A DNA stretch of 32,000 nt from Nitrosococcus oceani ATCC 19707. GTDB taxonomy: Bacteria; Pseudomonadota; Gammaproteobacteria; Nitrosococcales; Nitrosococcaceae. The position numbers were made by a program, and so were the translations under genes. Below are positions 9,030 through 21,938 of the stretch, piece after piece. The first letter of the stretch is position 1; each line of letters starts with the position of its first letter. Under the pieces are notes generated by a model. The model was not told where the DNA came from. It made no database searches and worked only from the letters and a program-made list of their open reading frames with translations. The stretch lies in assembly GCF_000012805.1 (NCBI RefSeq), contig NC_007484.1, forward strand, positions 690,001 to 722,000, written 5' to 3'.

Positions 9030-10048
9030 AAAAATGTTTGCGTTACGGTGCATTGATCCTGCTGCTGTGGATGCCGCTGATTGGCAACACGGGCACAATC
9101 ACCACGCCACAAGTCATCGCACAAACGACGAGCGCGGCACTGAGCTGTATGCGCTGGATGCCGGTAGGTATCTGCTTCTGGCTGCGTTGCTCTTTGTTCG
9201 GCTGCAGCGTCGAAACCTCTCTCAAAGTTGGCCACTATCAGCCGGACGCTGTGGTAAGCAGCTATAACGAACTCGGTGGTAATCCCTGGGTCGAGATTCG
9301 CAGTACTCTGGGTGTGGCGCAACAATCAGCGGCTAACGGGCTGTTGGGAAGCTTGTTACCCGTACCCATTGACAGTGCCGGCAACAGAACGGAAGGCGGG
9401 CAGGGTAACAAGGATCACCGCAATCTGGTTTTCCGGGAAACGGATGTGATCGGCCACCCGGTCAGCTCCCTGTCGAACATCGTTGCCAGTACGGGTTATC
9501 TTTGCAATTCACAAACCACGTCATTCTTCCCGTATTTTCTCTCTGGCCTGGATGCGCTCTCCTGGCGGATGGAAATCCCGGAGATGTTCTATCCCGCCAG
9601 CCTGATACCCGGCCTGCGGGAAATCGGCACCTGGCCACTGCAGACCTGGGGTGGCGTCTATCCCCGCACCGGCTGGACTACCCAGTCCGAAGAGCCGAAG
9701 GCGGCGGCCATCAATGCGCAACGGGCGGGCGACATCGCGACCCGCACCGGCCAACCCCATATCTACGTGCCGATAACCGGTGGCTCCAGTTCCGGCCAAC
9801 GAGTCTGGCCGCCAGGCCCGCTGGTCGAAGACGATCCCGCTACCGGTGAGTGGCAGATGTTGCTGCCCAAGTCGGAAGCTACCTGCAAGGTGTTCGGTAC
9901 CAACGATCTGGCCAGTCTCAGTGGCTGGGGTAGTGGTCGTGTCGATGCCCAAGGCGATTACGTCTGGAACCTGTGGCGCCCCTATAGCTGCTGCCAGGAT
10001 CGCGGCATCTTTCTGTTCAACGTCGACTGGATCAATTACCCACCATGA
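9026..10048 (+). CDS. TraU-like ICE protein, TIGR03756-like (PFL_4710 family)
   Basis: Cys-rich TraU-type block CMRWMPVGICFWLRCSLFGCSVETSLKVGHYQPDAVVSSY. I prefer GTG 9026 as the start: it forms a GTGA overlap with the upstream stop and has a GGGGGG RBS at 9013-9018. The ORF-track ATG at 9002 is the alternative. Confidence 0.75.
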   Translation: MKKCLRYGALILLLWMPLIGNTGTITTPQVIAQTTSAALSCMRWMPVGICFWLRCSLFGCSVETSLKVGHYQPDAVVSSYNELGGNPWVEIRSTLGVAQQSAANGLLGSLLPVPIDSAGNRTEGGQGNKDHRNLVFRETDVIGHPVSSLSNIVASTGYLCNSQTTSFFPYFLSGLDALSWRMEIPEMFYPASLIPGLREIGTWPLQTWGGVYPRTGWTTQSEEPKAAAINAQRAGDIATRTGQPHIYVPITGGSSSGQRVWPPGPLVEDDPATGEWQMLLPKSEATCKVFGTNDLASLSGWGSGRVDAQGDYVWNLWRPYSCCQDRGIFLFNVDWINYPP

Positions 10049-11385
10049 TCAAACGATACGTATTTCATGTGCTGCTGCTGTCATCGGTCTTATCCGTCAG
10101 TCACGGTGTAAACGCTGCTCAAGGTCCTACCGAAGACGGTTTGTGGTACTACGAAATCGGTGGAGCGGAACCCGTCTCTGTGCCCGCCAATCCGTCGGTA
10201 GTCTCCGTCACCCTGGGTGGATCCGCCCAATTGGGGCTTGGATACAGTTGCGGCAAGTTCGATCCGGTGGCGGCGGTTACCAATACCTTGAACGACATTG
10301 GTGCCGGTGTCGACAACATGATGAACGCGATGACGGCAGCCGCCACCAGCGCCATAGCAGCCTTGCCTGCTCTGATCCTGCAACGGGCCAATCCCGGCCT
10401 GTACGACCTCTTTCAAAATGCTCTGATCAAAGCTGAAGAAACCATGCAACTGGCCACCAAATCCTGCGAACTGATGGAGGCGGAAATCGCCCAGGGCAAG
10501 AACCCGTACGCGGATCTGATCACCTTGTCCAAGGGCAATGACTGGAAGGTGCAGATGGGTGTCGGTGGCAACGACGCCGTCACCGCTAAAACCACCGTGG
10601 AGTCGTCCAATGGCGATAACGGTGTGCCCTGGATCGGCGGGCAGGCCGGTGGCAGCGGGCAACCGGTGCTGGAGTTCACTGGCGATATCGTCGAAGCCGG
10701 TTACAACATCAATATGAATCGTGCCGTCACTGATGCAAGCCCGGTACCGGCAGCGTCGTCGACACGTTTATCCGAGATCTGGCCATACCCGGTCGATGCG
10801 CGTGACTGGACGGTGGATGTGGTGGGCGAGAACATCGTCACCACCTGCGATACCTGCCGTAAGGACAGCATTCCCGGTACGGGGCTGTTACCCAAGCTCT
10901 ACCAGGAGTCCGCGACAGTCACCACCGACATCCAGAATTTGGTCAGCGGTGCGACACCACTTACCCTGACTAACCTCGACCAGATCACAGCGCCCGGCGT
11001 GGCCATCACCCGACAAGTGGTCGAAGCGATTCGCGAGATGCCTGCATCGGAACAGAGCCTGATCATGGGCCGCCTGGTGTCTGAAATCAGTACCGCGCGC
11101 ACGGTAGAGAAGGCGCTATTTGCCCGAAGACTGCTACTTTCAGGACGACAAGTACCCGAGGTCTACGCCACCGAAGTCGCCCGCGAGCACGCCGACACCT
11201 CGATTGCCGAGCTCGATAAAGAAATCGAAAACCTGCTGTTTGAAACCCGTGTGCGCAAAGAAGTGGTATCTGACACGGTTACCACATTACTCGAACGAGC
11301 AGCGGCCAGACGACAGAGTTCCCTTACCGTGCCGGAAGTGCCGACCCTCGATCCCAACCCTTTGCGAGGTGGGCGTGTTCAATAA
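10045..11385 (+). CDS. TraH-like ICE protein, TIGR03755-like (PFL_4711 family)
   Basis: 446 aa. ATGA overlap with the upstream gene (10045-10048). Signal peptide (LLLSSVLSVSHGVNA/AQG). Syntenic position between the TraU-like gene and traG. Confidence 0.7.
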   Translation: MIKRYVFHVLLLSSVLSVSHGVNAAQGPTEDGLWYYEIGGAEPVSVPANPSVVSVTLGGSAQLGLGYSCGKFDPVAAVTNTLNDIGAGVDNMMNAMTAAATSAIAALPALILQRANPGLYDLFQNALIKAEETMQLATKSCELMEAEIAQGKNPYADLITLSKGNDWKVQMGVGGNDAVTAKTTVESSNGDNGVPWIGGQAGGSGQPVLEFTGDIVEAGYNINMNRAVTDASPVPAASSTRLSEIWPYPVDARDWTVDVVGENIVTTCDTCRKDSIPGTGLLPKLYQESATVTTDIQNLVSGATPLTLTNLDQITAPGVAITRQVVEAIREMPASEQSLIMGRLVSEISTARTVEKALFARRLLLSGRQVPEVYATEVAREHADTSIAELDKEIENLLFETRVRKEVVSDTVTTLLERAAARRQSSLTVPEVPTLDPNPLRGGRVQ

Positions 11386-11749
11386 CCTCCGGGCTAAGCG
11401 AAAAGGCTTTCTGTTGTTGACTACCTTGGCCGCCCTGTTGACAGGGCTGGTCGGTTTTCTACTCATGCACCGGCTGCAGACTGAATCCGTGCAATCCGTC
11501 CGGCACAGTCTCGATGTCTGGCGGATGACTTTGATGTGTATTCGCTGGACATCGATCACCCTTGTCGCACTCAGCTGGAAATACTTGATCGCCCGGTTGG
11601 TGAGTATAGGCGTGATCAGCCACGACAAAGTTGCATCACTAACAGAGATGCGTTGGCGCGCTGTCACCTGGCTGGTGTTATTGGAACTGGTGTTAGGGCA
11701 GGGGGTGCTGGTTAAGACAGTGAGCCTGGCAGTTGGAGCCGTGCCATGA
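11375..11749 (+). CDS. small ICE membrane protein (unassigned family)
   Basis: This frame is open from 11120, but it overlaps the upstream gene until 11385. Hydrophobic helices (FLLLTTLAALLTGLVGFLL; VTWLVLLELVLGQGVLV) lie downstream of 11385. The stop overlaps the traG ATG (ATGA at 11746-11749). The start is not resolved: GTG 11369/11375 or a later ATG. Confidence 0.45.
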   Translation: MFNNLRAKRKGFLLLTTLAALLTGLVGFLLMHRLQTESVQSVRHSLDVWRMTLMCIRWTSITLVALSWKYLIARLVSIGVISHDKVASLTEMRWRAVTWLVLLELVLGQGVLVKTVSLAVGAVP

Positions 11750-13311
11750 GCGTCGACAGCTATCTGGAACTCTTTACTTCCCTTTTCGGCTGGACCTTCT
11801 ACGGCATTCTCTGGGATGTGTTGGTCAGTACCGGCATCGTCTATTTGCCGTTCCTGGGGATTCTGATCGATAACTGGCGCGAACCAGCGCAGGGCGGTGA
11901 GGTCGGTCATGCCAGCGGCCTCTCGCTGCGGCGCATGGAGATCGAACTGTTTATCGCGTTACTGGTGGTGGTCCTGGCCGGGCAACCCGCTGCCCTCACG
12001 CCACTCAATGCCGGTACCTTGTCCTATTCCCCGCCACCAACGCTATTGGATCCAACGCCGGCTGCAGCGACGGTGGCTGCGCCCCAGAGTACCTATGGCA
12101 CAACGGGCTTCACCGGTACCGCCGCAACCGTCAATGTTCCCGTCTGGTGGTACGGTGTCATCGCACTGAGTTCGGGTTTGAACCACGCTATCGTCGAAGG
12201 CCTGCCGACCGTGGCGGATATGCGGACGTTCGAGCAGCAGGCGCATTTAGCCACCATTGCTGATCCACGCCTCAGGCAGGAAGTGAGCGAGTTCTTCAGC
12301 CAGTGCTACATTCCGGCGCGTTCCAAATACCAGGCTGAACGACCAAACATAGCGGCCATCAACGGCATTCTCGCCACGTACGGTGTCGATGACCCGGATT
12401 GGATGGGGTCCCACGTCTATCGGGACACCTCGGGCTATTACGACACCCTGCGCCCTGCCAGCCCAATCACTGGCTGGGCATACATTGCGGCCAGAGATAC
12501 CGAGTATGACGCCACATCACCACCGGCCTGGGGAAAACCCTACTGCAAACAGTGGTGGGAAGATGGGGCAATCGGCTTGCGTGAGAAGCTGATCAATGAG
12601 GCAGATGCCACCTCTGCCGGCTTCTCCGGACTGGTAGTCGCCATCGCGCCCGCTCTGGCCAGCGAACAGCAAAACGACGCCGTCGCCAAAACCGTACTGA
12701 CCAACGCGCCGCCCTCCTGGTCGAACAATGAGTTAATCGCCAACAACGCATCCGGAGCAGGGTTGGTCAACACCGCCGGATCTATCATCAAAGGTGGTCT
12801 CGCCACCGGTGGTGTGATCACCGCATCAGCCCTGTTTTCCGTAACCATGACGGCCGTCTTACAATCACTGCCCATGGTGCAGGCCATTATGCTGCTGGGT
12901 ATCTATGCACTGCTCCCATTGGTGGTGGTTTTGTCCCGCTACTCCATAGCCATGATGGTAGTGGGCGGTATGGCGATTTTCACCATCAAGTTCTGGACAG
13001 TGCTCTGGTACCTGGCCATGTGGGTGGATCAGAACCTGATTCTGTCCATGTATCCCGACGTTAACGTTTTCCTGCAGATCTTCGCCAACCCTGGCGAACA
13101 CGACGCCAAGCGCATGTTGCTGAATATGATTACCACCAGCCTCTATCTGGGGCTGCCGTTGCTGTGGAGTGGGATGATGGCGTGGGCGGGGGTGAAAGTC
13201 GGTAGGTCGATTGATTCGGCAGCGAACCCGATCAAGGCGCCAGCGCAGGATGCTGGCAATCAGGGAGGAAGTATCGGCAAGATGGTGCTGACCAAAGGTA
13301 AGAAACGTTAG
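11746..13311 (+). CDS. traG: conjugal transfer protein TraG (TraG N-terminal-domain polytopic membrane protein)
   Basis: 521 aa with multiple TM helices at both ends flanking a periplasmic domain. Last gene of the MPF-G block, where TraG_N proteins sit in this ICE family. Confidence 0.75.
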   Translation: MSVDSYLELFTSLFGWTFYGILWDVLVSTGIVYLPFLGILIDNWREPAQGGEVGHASGLSLRRMEIELFIALLVVVLAGQPAALTPLNAGTLSYSPPPTLLDPTPAAATVAAPQSTYGTTGFTGTAATVNVPVWWYGVIALSSGLNHAIVEGLPTVADMRTFEQQAHLATIADPRLRQEVSEFFSQCYIPARSKYQAERPNIAAINGILATYGVDDPDWMGSHVYRDTSGYYDTLRPASPITGWAYIAARDTEYDATSPPAWGKPYCKQWWEDGAIGLREKLINEADATSAGFSGLVVAIAPALASEQQNDAVAKTVLTNAPPSWSNNELIANNASGAGLVNTAGSIIKGGLATGGVITASALFSVTMTAVLQSLPMVQAIMLLGIYALLPLVVVLSRYSIAMMVVGGMAIFTIKFWTVLWYLAMWVDQNLILSMYPDVNVFLQIFANPGEHDAKRMLLNMITTSLYLGLPLLWSGMMAWAGVKVGRSIDSAANPIKAPAQDAGNQGGSIGKMVLTKGKKR

Positions 13312-13538
13312 TCCTTTTCGTACCAGCCGGTAGCATCAGTGCCGTCGTCGAGTTTCCCTGTTTTGTAATTCAGGGCTCCGCCTCGAACAGCACTTGAGAC
13401 TGCATCATCAGACTTGGTCTCAGCGCTTTCAGCCAGCATACCAAGCATACTGCGCAATAAGTGGCCGGCCGCTGCAAAAATAGCGAAGACGGCTAGGAAT
13501 ATCTTTTGCAAACGAGGCCTTTCTTTTACGGTTTTCAC
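13308..13538 (-). CDS. hypothetical 76-aa single-pass membrane protein, possible fifth gene of the helicase-methylase-ATPase operon
   Basis: The GTG start overlaps the DUF499 stop (GTGA, 13535-13538). GAGGAAG RBS a few nt upstream. TM helix [16 protein letters not shown]. No terminator-like hairpin in this 230-bp stretch. Its stop overlaps the convergent traG stop. Confidence 0.4.
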   Translation of the reverse strand: MKTVKERPRLQKIFLAVFAIFAAAGHLLRSMLGMLAESAETKSDDAVSSAVRGGALNYKTGKLDDGTDATGWYEKD

Positions 13539-16384
13539 GACTCTTCCTCAAATTCTGCTGAGCTAAATTTCAAGACATTACAATTCTCTTTGACTGTTCG
13601 CTGCATGGACTCATTGAATCCATCCTGGCTATTGGCCTCAATCTCCACGGATATCCTGACATTCACGCCGAGCTTGGCAGTGAACTGCTGTACGACTTCA
13701 TCCATTATGGTGGCAAAGTCCATTTTGGCTTTGACCGGGTCGAGTGAAATAGTGCCGTAGAACTGCTTCTTGGTTGCTGCTGGTGTTGTTGTGGCAGCGC
13801 CTCCTAACCCGCCGGATGTTGGGGTTGGTGTCCCCGTGCCGCTCGCGCCACCAACCGGTATTGTAGTGCCTCCAGGTTCGCCGCCTGCAGTCCCGGGCTC
13901 CGCCGTTGGTGGAGTGGGCTGCTGTGTATTTTCGCGGTAAGCAACTGCTGCCTCGCGATCTATCAGGAGAGAGGATTCATCCACCGTGGCAATAGAATTA
14001 CGCCCGAATGTGAAGCCGAGATAACGGTCGCCTTCCTTGCCAGAGGCGAAGGCGAAGTAATCTTCAACCTCGATCCCCTGGGTGATGGCATTGCGGAAAA
14101 CACTGTCGTTAACAAGCCGAGGCAGGTACAGGTAGTGACAGCAGTCCTGCCAGACCTTCAACGCACTGACGTCGTTTACGCCTTCTTTCAGGTACCACTG
14201 TTTAAGTACATTGCGAAGATGAATAGGAGACCACTCGTAAATCATCCACTCCTCTTCGCGCAATTTATCCTCGATCGCCTGAATCAAGTTGGGCGCTGCG
14301 GGTGAGACGGGAACCACCTCCCAATTGAGAGTTGGCTTACCCTTTACGAATTCTTCAACTGGGGCGATTAACCATTTGTAAGTTTCGCGCACCAGTTGGG
14401 CAAGCGACTGATCTGCGCCATCACGATTACGCTTGGCCTGGTTCAAATGAGACAAATCCTGATTCAAGTGGCCATTTTCGATATCTGTGGCAATGGATTG
14501 CCACGCCAGGAAAATGCGGGCCTGCTCTTTGAGTCGGCCAACCACATCGTAGTCGGGAGCCAGGAAGATCAGGCGATTTTGTTTTTGCCGTGGTTGGTCG
14601 CCGCGGTTGCGCAAAATCTCTTCTGCGGCAGAAAATGCCTGGTTGGTCTCACTGCGACTGTAGGCTGTGTTTGTCGGCAACACGACCAGTCGAGGGCCCG
14701 TACCATAGTCGTCCGGGACATCGACGGAAGGTGTAAAGACGTGCACGCCACCAAACTGGTGATTTCTGCCGAATACCTGGGTTACTCGGGTTTTTAACAA
14801 TGGCAGGAGTTCATCTCGTTCGTTGATGTTCTGCTTGCGGCTCTCCATTTCTCGGCGCAGGTTGGGTTTGGTATCTAACCAGAATCGGTCTTTGTCGGAA
14901 TAGAGATAATGCAGTCGATCACGTAAGCGCTTGAGCACGTCTTCAAATACACCGAGCGTTTGACCGGGTTGTGCCGCGCCCAGCAGGATGCGTTCGACCT
15001 GAACACCGCGAATCATCTGCTCAGTGGTTGATGGTGCGCTGCCGAGAAAAATGGTCCGGGCGGTGCGGCGCGCGGCTTGCACGCTGCCGAACAGGGTGTG
15101 GTGGCCATCGATGTCATAGGGGGCCGAGCGGGTACCGTCCACTTCTCGTTCAATCACGGGTTCCCACCCCTGAGGCAGGTAGTGAATGCTCTTGTTGCGC
15201 ACGTTACCATCTTCTAACGGTAATGAACCCGGCATGATCAGCGCATCTTTGTTATCCGAGTTCCACAGGCGGTGGATAACAATGGCCATATATTGAAGAA
15301 CGCCACGGGTGCGCTGAAATTTTTCAAGCGTGGACCAGTCCTCGTACAAGCGGTCGAAAATTTCCGGGTGGATCGGGTAAGACCGGCAAAGACGCTCGAA
15401 ATATTCGTTGGATTGGGTTTCGACCGGAAACTTTTCGGCGTTCTGACGATAAAAGTCAGAGAACTGACGGCTGATACCCTCCACCTCGGCGCGTTCACCC
15501 GGGTTCTCAAATAATCTGCGACGCACAATCTCGAACGCTTCCTCGGTGCCTACCGGCTTCCAGACGGACTCAACTCGTGCGAAGTACTTCTCCAGCGAGT
15601 TAAGGGCGCGCTGCCCTTGCGTGCCTCCAACTTCCAGTTCTGATTCGGGCAGCGATGCCAATAGAATGGCATTGGGTACTGCCTTCAGCGCTTCGGTGAG
15701 CGCCTGAATAAAACTGACATTGCTATCGAATGTGCCAGCCTTATATTGCTTGCCAAGCTCCAGTTGTCGAATAAACGCCACCAGCTCATCCACCAGAATC
15801 ACACAAGGGGCTGCCTTGCTGATCAGTTCAGTGAGAACCTCTTTTCCGGGAGAGGTGCCGTCAGCGTCGCTGTCGGCGACCATCTGATAACCCTCATCCC
15901 CCAGAAGTTGCCAGGCCAGCTCGCCCCACAACGTGTTGGCAGTTATGCTCCCGTACTTCCTGGGCTGGCTAGGCGACAATTTGATGCCGTCAATCACCGC
16001 CACTCTGGCCGAGGGAAGGCTCTGAATCCCTGCCTCATCTAATACCGGAGGAATACCCGTGAGTTTGTCGGTGCCCACCTTGCGCGAAGCCAGGTGAAAC
16101 ACGGCCAACAGCGTGTGGGTCTTGCCGCCACCGAAAGCGGTCTGCAATTGAATGACCGGGTCGCCACCGAGCCCAGCCAACCGTTGCGCGACAGAGATGA
16201 GTAAGAGGCGCATGCCCTCGGTGATATAAGTGCGGGAGAAGAACATCTCCGCATCCTGATACTCTGCAGTGGCTGTGCCATTGGCTACCTGGGTGATGTC
16301 AGCCGCAAACTCGGACTGTTTGAAGGTGCCTTCCAGAACATCCTTGTGCGGAGTGGCAATTTCTCGCCAGGGTTTCAAACTCAT
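13535..16384 (-). CDS. DUF499-family P-loop ATPase (COG1483-like) of a helicase-methylase-ATPase defence system
   Basis: ORF 13535..16465 trimmed to ATG 16384, which has a GAGGA RBS and lies 10 nt after the MTase stop. The N-terminus [16 protein letters not shown]...EFAADI is the typical DUF499 start. Walker [11 protein letters not shown], Walker [11 protein letters not shown] Gly/Pro/Thr-rich linker precedes a small C-terminal domain. Confidence 0.85.
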   Translation of the reverse strand: MSLKPWREIATPHKDVLEGTFKQSEFAADITQVANGTATAEYQDAEMFFSRTYITEGMRLLLISVAQRLAGLGGDPVIQLQTAFGGGKTHTLLAVFHLASRKVGTDKLTGIPPVLDEAGIQSLPSARVAVIDGIKLSPSQPRKYGSITANTLWGELAWQLLGDEGYQMVADSDADGTSPGKEVLTELISKAAPCVILVDELVAFIRQLELGKQYKAGTFDSNVSFIQALTEALKAVPNAILLASLPESELEVGGTQGQRALNSLEKYFARVESVWKPVGTEEAFEIVRRRLFENPGERAEVEGISRQFSDFYRQNAEKFPVETQSNEYFERLCRSYPIHPEIFDRLYEDWSTLEKFQRTRGVLQYMAIVIHRLWNSDNKDALIMPGSLPLEDGNVRNKSIHYLPQGWEPVIEREVDGTRSAPYDIDGHHTLFGSVQAARRTARTIFLGSAPSTTEQMIRGVQVERILLGAAQPGQTLGVFEDVLKRLRDRLHYLYSDKDRFWLDTKPNLRREMESRKQNINERDELLPLLKTRVTQVFGRNHQFGGVHVFTPSVDVPDDYGTGPRLVVLPTNTAYSRSETNQAFSAAEEILRNRGDQPRQKQNRLIFLAPDYDVVGRLKEQARIFLAWQSIATDIENGHLNQDLSHLNQAKRNRDGADQSLAQLVRETYKWLIAPVEEFVKGKPTLNWEVVPVSPAAPNLIQAIEDKLREEEWMIYEWSPIHLRNVLKQWYLKEGVNDVSALKVWQDCCHYLYLPRLVNDSVFRNAITQGIEVEDYFAFASGKEGDRYLGFTFGRNSIATVDESSLLIDREAAVAYRENTQQPTPPTAEPGTAGGEPGGTTIPVGGASGTGTPTPTSGGLGGAATTTPAATKKQFYGTISLDPVKAKMDFATIMDEVVQQFTAKLGVNVRISVEIEANSQDGFNESMQRTVKENCNVLKFSSAEFEEES

Positions 16385-16394
16385 GGTGTAGTCC

Positions 16395-19304
16395 TCAAAA
16401 ATCCAGTCCGAGTTCGGCTTGCGAGCCACTGTGGCCAACCTCGTGGGAGGCGGTGACAATGGCATGCCAGGAACCGATCAATTCGTTGTAGGCGCGGGCA
16501 TCTTCGGCCCACTTCTTGCGTTCGCACAGGGTGTACAGGTGATAGGCGAGCTGACGAATGGGTTCTCCTTTCTCCGGCATCTTGGCCAGTAGTTCGCCAG
16601 CGGCCGATTCACCCTGGTTGTTGAGACTGCGAATCATTTGGTGGCAGGCTTCCCAGATAGGTGTGCGGTTGTCTTTAATGGGATCCCAATCGGCTTCGTA
16701 CTCCGCCCATTTCAATAGGCGAACCTTGCCGCCGCCGGATTCGACGACCCCGGCTGTATTTACGCCATCTACCGTCGTGCCCTTTGCTTGCGCTAGCACG
16801 TTCGCTTCACCAAAGGGACCAGTACTCCATCCGTACTGATCAAACCAACTGGAGCAGAACTGGGTGTCGGCATCGAAACTGCCGGATTCCGGGCTGAGGT
16901 ATTCCGTGATGGCGCGGTTGATCAGGATTAGCGCATCATGCACGCTCATACGTGAACCATCCTGATTCAGTACGGCCTCGTACTTGGAGAAGATGGCCAT
17001 CCCCGGGCCAATCGCGGCCTGGGCTAAATCCACGGGAGCGATGGGTGTAGTGCCCGTTTCTCCGCCGATCATGGCTTCTAGTGCGTCGGGCATCTGTTCA
17101 CGCAGTTCACGTTGGAAGTCGCGTCGTGAAATAGATTCGGCTTCGATTTCACGTTTTTTGCATACCAGAACAACAGAGGAAGCCAAAGCATTAGTACCAG
17201 AGCCAATCATACGATTGGACATTTCAGTTCTCATTGGCCAAGTACCATCGATAGAAAAGCCTGCTCTAATCACAGCCTCTAAAAATGTTTCCCAGCCTGT
17301 ATTAGATGTGGCCCCTTCTTTGGTTTCTGATTGTTTGAACGCGTAGTAAATAGATACAGGGAAAGCAGGATGCCCTTTGTCAGCCATATTATGAATGGCT
17401 TGTGTCATACCATCTAGAAAGAAGGTCTCTGCTTTTTCTTTTGTGCCATGACGATAAGGTATAGCGACCAATTCCTCAGCCTTTGGAACCGCCATAGTAG
17501 CGAACAAACTTGGATAGAATGATTTTAATGAGCGCCTCATCCATACGTAAAAAAAATCAGACAGGTCGGCATAACCAATATTGTCATAGTAAGGCGGGTC
17601 AGTTGAAATGACCTTTTCAGCACTAATGTTTTGGGTTGCTGCGTCTTGTTGAACTGCTATTCCACCACTAGATGGAATCATTCGGCTAAGCACGTCATTT
17701 GCCCATCCAATTCCTCCCATAAAGTTTCCAGTGGAGTCTGAGAGTGGATTTGGTTCTGCAAAATCCCATGTCATTGGTATAGCTTGGCGGCCAAATGTGT
17801 TTCGAGTGCTACTTCTCGATGAATCCCATGTGCAAATGGTTGAGCCTCTGTCTGCCAATTTATTTATCGCGAAGGTCAAATAAACCGCCAAAGCATCGCC
17901 ATAAGCAGTCGCACCTCTGCCTCCATCATCAATACCGATTCCATCGTCGGTCATTCCCGCTGCTTTGGCATCAGCGATGGCTTTGTAGCAGGCTTCCTGA
18001 ACTAGATCAGAGAATGTATTTAGAGCGACAAGTTGGCGGGGAGTGAAAAGATCGCCATAGGATTTCATACCGTACATCGGTGGTGAAAACCAACGAGGGT
18101 TTTCTGGCATTAATGCATCTGGCTTCCAGTCCGGTGATGCAGCACTTGCGGCCTGCTCCATTTCTGCGGTGGGCGTAAGATAGATACGCCCACTTTTCCC
18201 CTCAGCTACAACCGCCATTAGTCGCTGACCCAGATTTCCGGATTGTGCCTGTGCATAAATGTATTTCGGGTCAATAGGTGTATCTGATAGTAGGCAGGTA
18301 AAGTTGGCCCCACGACCCAGTTTAGTTCCGTTCCTTGCTTCTGCTGGCGGAACTCCCATACACACTTCGAATTGATAGTTATGTCCTTCGACTAACGGAT
18401 TAACATAAGACTCTTTTCCCTTCTTGGTGGAAAGTAGAAAGCTAGACGCTAGCGGGATATCGGCATGGCTGAAAGCCGGATTGGGGCTTTTCACGGTTCT
18501 GGCCCAGAGCCAGGCGATAACAGTCAGTTCCTGTCCCTGGTATGGTTTCAGGTCGGGTCGTTCTGCGACCATCTCCTGCGTGATCTTGATCCTAGGGTAG
18601 AGATTACCGATACGCTCGAATGCTTCCTCCCGCATCCAGTGGCCGTAACGACGCACATCCTCGGCCAGGCCTCTTGCGCCAGACCAGTCATCCATCAACT
18701 TGCCTTGCTTCTCGCCTTGGGGCAGAGGACCTACTGGTCGTTGCCCGGCAAACTTCGGAGGGATCTCGATCATGGCTTTGTTGATCATCACCGCCACTGG
18801 ATTCAAGTCACTGGCATAACTTTCTAATCCCAGTCGCTGCGCCTCCAGTGGGATCGCCCCTCCGCCCGCAAATGGATCATGAAAGGCCGGGAGTTTATCC
18901 GGATTGAAAAGTTCTGCTGCTTGGGGATGATTGCGGTTTAGATGACAAGTTTCGCGCCAGCTTTCCCAGATCGCTTCACGTGCGCGATTCAGCACCTCCT
19001 CATTATTGGTGTTTTCCCACTTCACCAAATCACGGATTATCTGAAAGAGTTTCTCGCGTTTGATCTCGGCCTCTTTCTTGTTAACCCCATACTTGAATCC
19101 TTCTCCTTGCTGGTATCCGGGATCGTTGACCATTTGCGCAAACAACACGGCCCTTGCTGCTGCCAAAGGTCGGCGCGCCCACCACAGATGTAAGGTTGAG
19201 GGATGACCATGCCGAATTGACTTTTCTCGCGCTGCCGCTGTGTTGATGTCATCCAGCGGTAGCGCGACTTCAATCAGTTTTTTGGGTGTTTTTATTTCGG
19301 CCAT
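16395..19304 (-). CDS. DUF1156-domain N6-adenine DNA methyltransferase (COG1743-like)
   Basis: 969 aa. The N-terminus ([37 protein letters not shown]) is the DUF1156 signature. SAM motif I is [19 protein letters not shown]. Catalytic motif IV is D-P-P-Y at 17589-17600 ([11 protein letters not shown]). About 400 aa separate motifs I and IV. Confidence 0.9.
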   Translation of the reverse strand: MAEIKTPKKLIEVALPLDDINTAAAREKSIRHGHPSTLHLWWARRPLAAARAVLFAQMVNDPGYQQGEGFKYGVNKKEAEIKREKLFQIIRDLVKWENTNNEEVLNRAREAIWESWRETCHLNRNHPQAAELFNPDKLPAFHDPFAGGGAIPLEAQRLGLESYASDLNPVAVMINKAMIEIPPKFAGQRPVGPLPQGEKQGKLMDDWSGARGLAEDVRRYGHWMREEAFERIGNLYPRIKITQEMVAERPDLKPYQGQELTVIAWLWARTVKSPNPAFSHADIPLASSFLLSTKKGKESYVNPLVEGHNYQFEVCMGVPPAEARNGTKLGRGANFTCLLSDTPIDPKYIYAQAQSGNLGQRLMAVVAEGKSGRIYLTPTAEMEQAASAASPDWKPDALMPENPRWFSPPMYGMKSYGDLFTPRQLVALNTFSDLVQEACYKAIADAKAAGMTDDGIGIDDGGRGATAYGDALAVYLTFAINKLADRGSTICTWDSSRSSTRNTFGRQAIPMTWDFAEPNPLSDSTGNFMGGIGWANDVLSRMIPSSGGIAVQQDAATQNISAEKVISTDPPYYDNIGYADLSDFFYVWMRRSLKSFYPSLFATMAVPKAEELVAIPYRHGTKEKAETFFLDGMTQAIHNMADKGHPAFPVSIYYAFKQSETKEGATSNTGWETFLEAVIRAGFSIDGTWPMRTEMSNRMIGSGTNALASSVVLVCKKREIEAESISRRDFQRELREQMPDALEAMIGGETGTTPIAPVDLAQAAIGPGMAIFSKYEAVLNQDGSRMSVHDALILINRAITEYLSPESGSFDADTQFCSSWFDQYGWSTGPFGEANVLAQAKGTTVDGVNTAGVVESGGGKVRLLKWAEYEADWDPIKDNRTPIWEACHQMIRSLNNQGESAAGELLAKMPEKGEPIRQLAYHLYTLCERKKWAEDARAYNELIGSWHAIVTASHEVGHSGSQAELGLDF

Positions 19305-19313
19305 TGATAAACC

Positions 19314-21550
<2,237 letters not shown>

Positions 21551-21575
21551 TATCTAAATTTATAAATATTGAGAC
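21551..21575. repeat. IS630-family left terminal inverted repeat
   Basis: See the mobile element entry; aligned by hand to the reverse complement of 22428-22452. Confidence 0.7.
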
Positions 21576-21602
21576 ATTTGTGTTATATTCATTCATACTG
21601 TT

Positions 21603-21938
21603 GTGATGAGATGTTCAATTGATTTGCGCAAACGAGTAATCGATTTTGTAAGGGGCGGTGGAAGCAAGGCGGAAGCGGCCCGGAGATTTCAGGTAGGCCG
21701 CGCGAGCATTTATCGCTGGTTGTCGCAGGATGATGCGCTGTGTTACGAGCGTCCCGGCCCTCGCCGTTCACACAAGCTGGACTGGGAGGCTTTACGGGTC
21801 CATGTGGAAGACAAGGCTGCTCTCACCTATAAAGAACGCGCCCGGCATTTTGGCGTTTCGTATTACTGTATTTGGCATGCGATGCACAAAATGGGGTTAA
21901 CCCGTAAAAAAAATGACGGGGTACACGCAGCGCTGTAA
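21603..21938 (+). CDS. IS630-family transposase, N-terminal HTH part (orfA)
   Basis: HTH-like segments ([20 protein letters not shown]; [25 protein letters not shown]). The ORF track starts at GTG 21603; ATG 21606 is more likely. The frame ends shortly after an A8 run at 21906-21913. Confidence 0.75.

Noticed and set aside
16385-16465. Upstream-extended starts offered by the ORF track: 16465 for DUF499, 1280 for the TIGR03746-like gene, 4335 for the lipoprotein, 4747 for traC, 11120 for the small membrane ORF, and 29963 for the GrpE-like gene.
   Set aside because: The extensions overlap the preceding gene in another frame and encode non-family sequence. The internal ATGs have Shine-Dalgarno sequences and begin with the expected N-terminal features (signal peptide, lipobox, or the typical DUF499 'MSLKPWRE' start).
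17549-17556. An A8/T8 homopolymer inside the methyltransferase coding region (codons DFFYVW) as a phase-variation switch.
   Set aside because: Eight A/T is short for slipped-strand phase variation. The tract sits in an AT-rich segment where such runs arise by chance. The current frame is intact, and there is no evidence of an alternative frame yielding a product.
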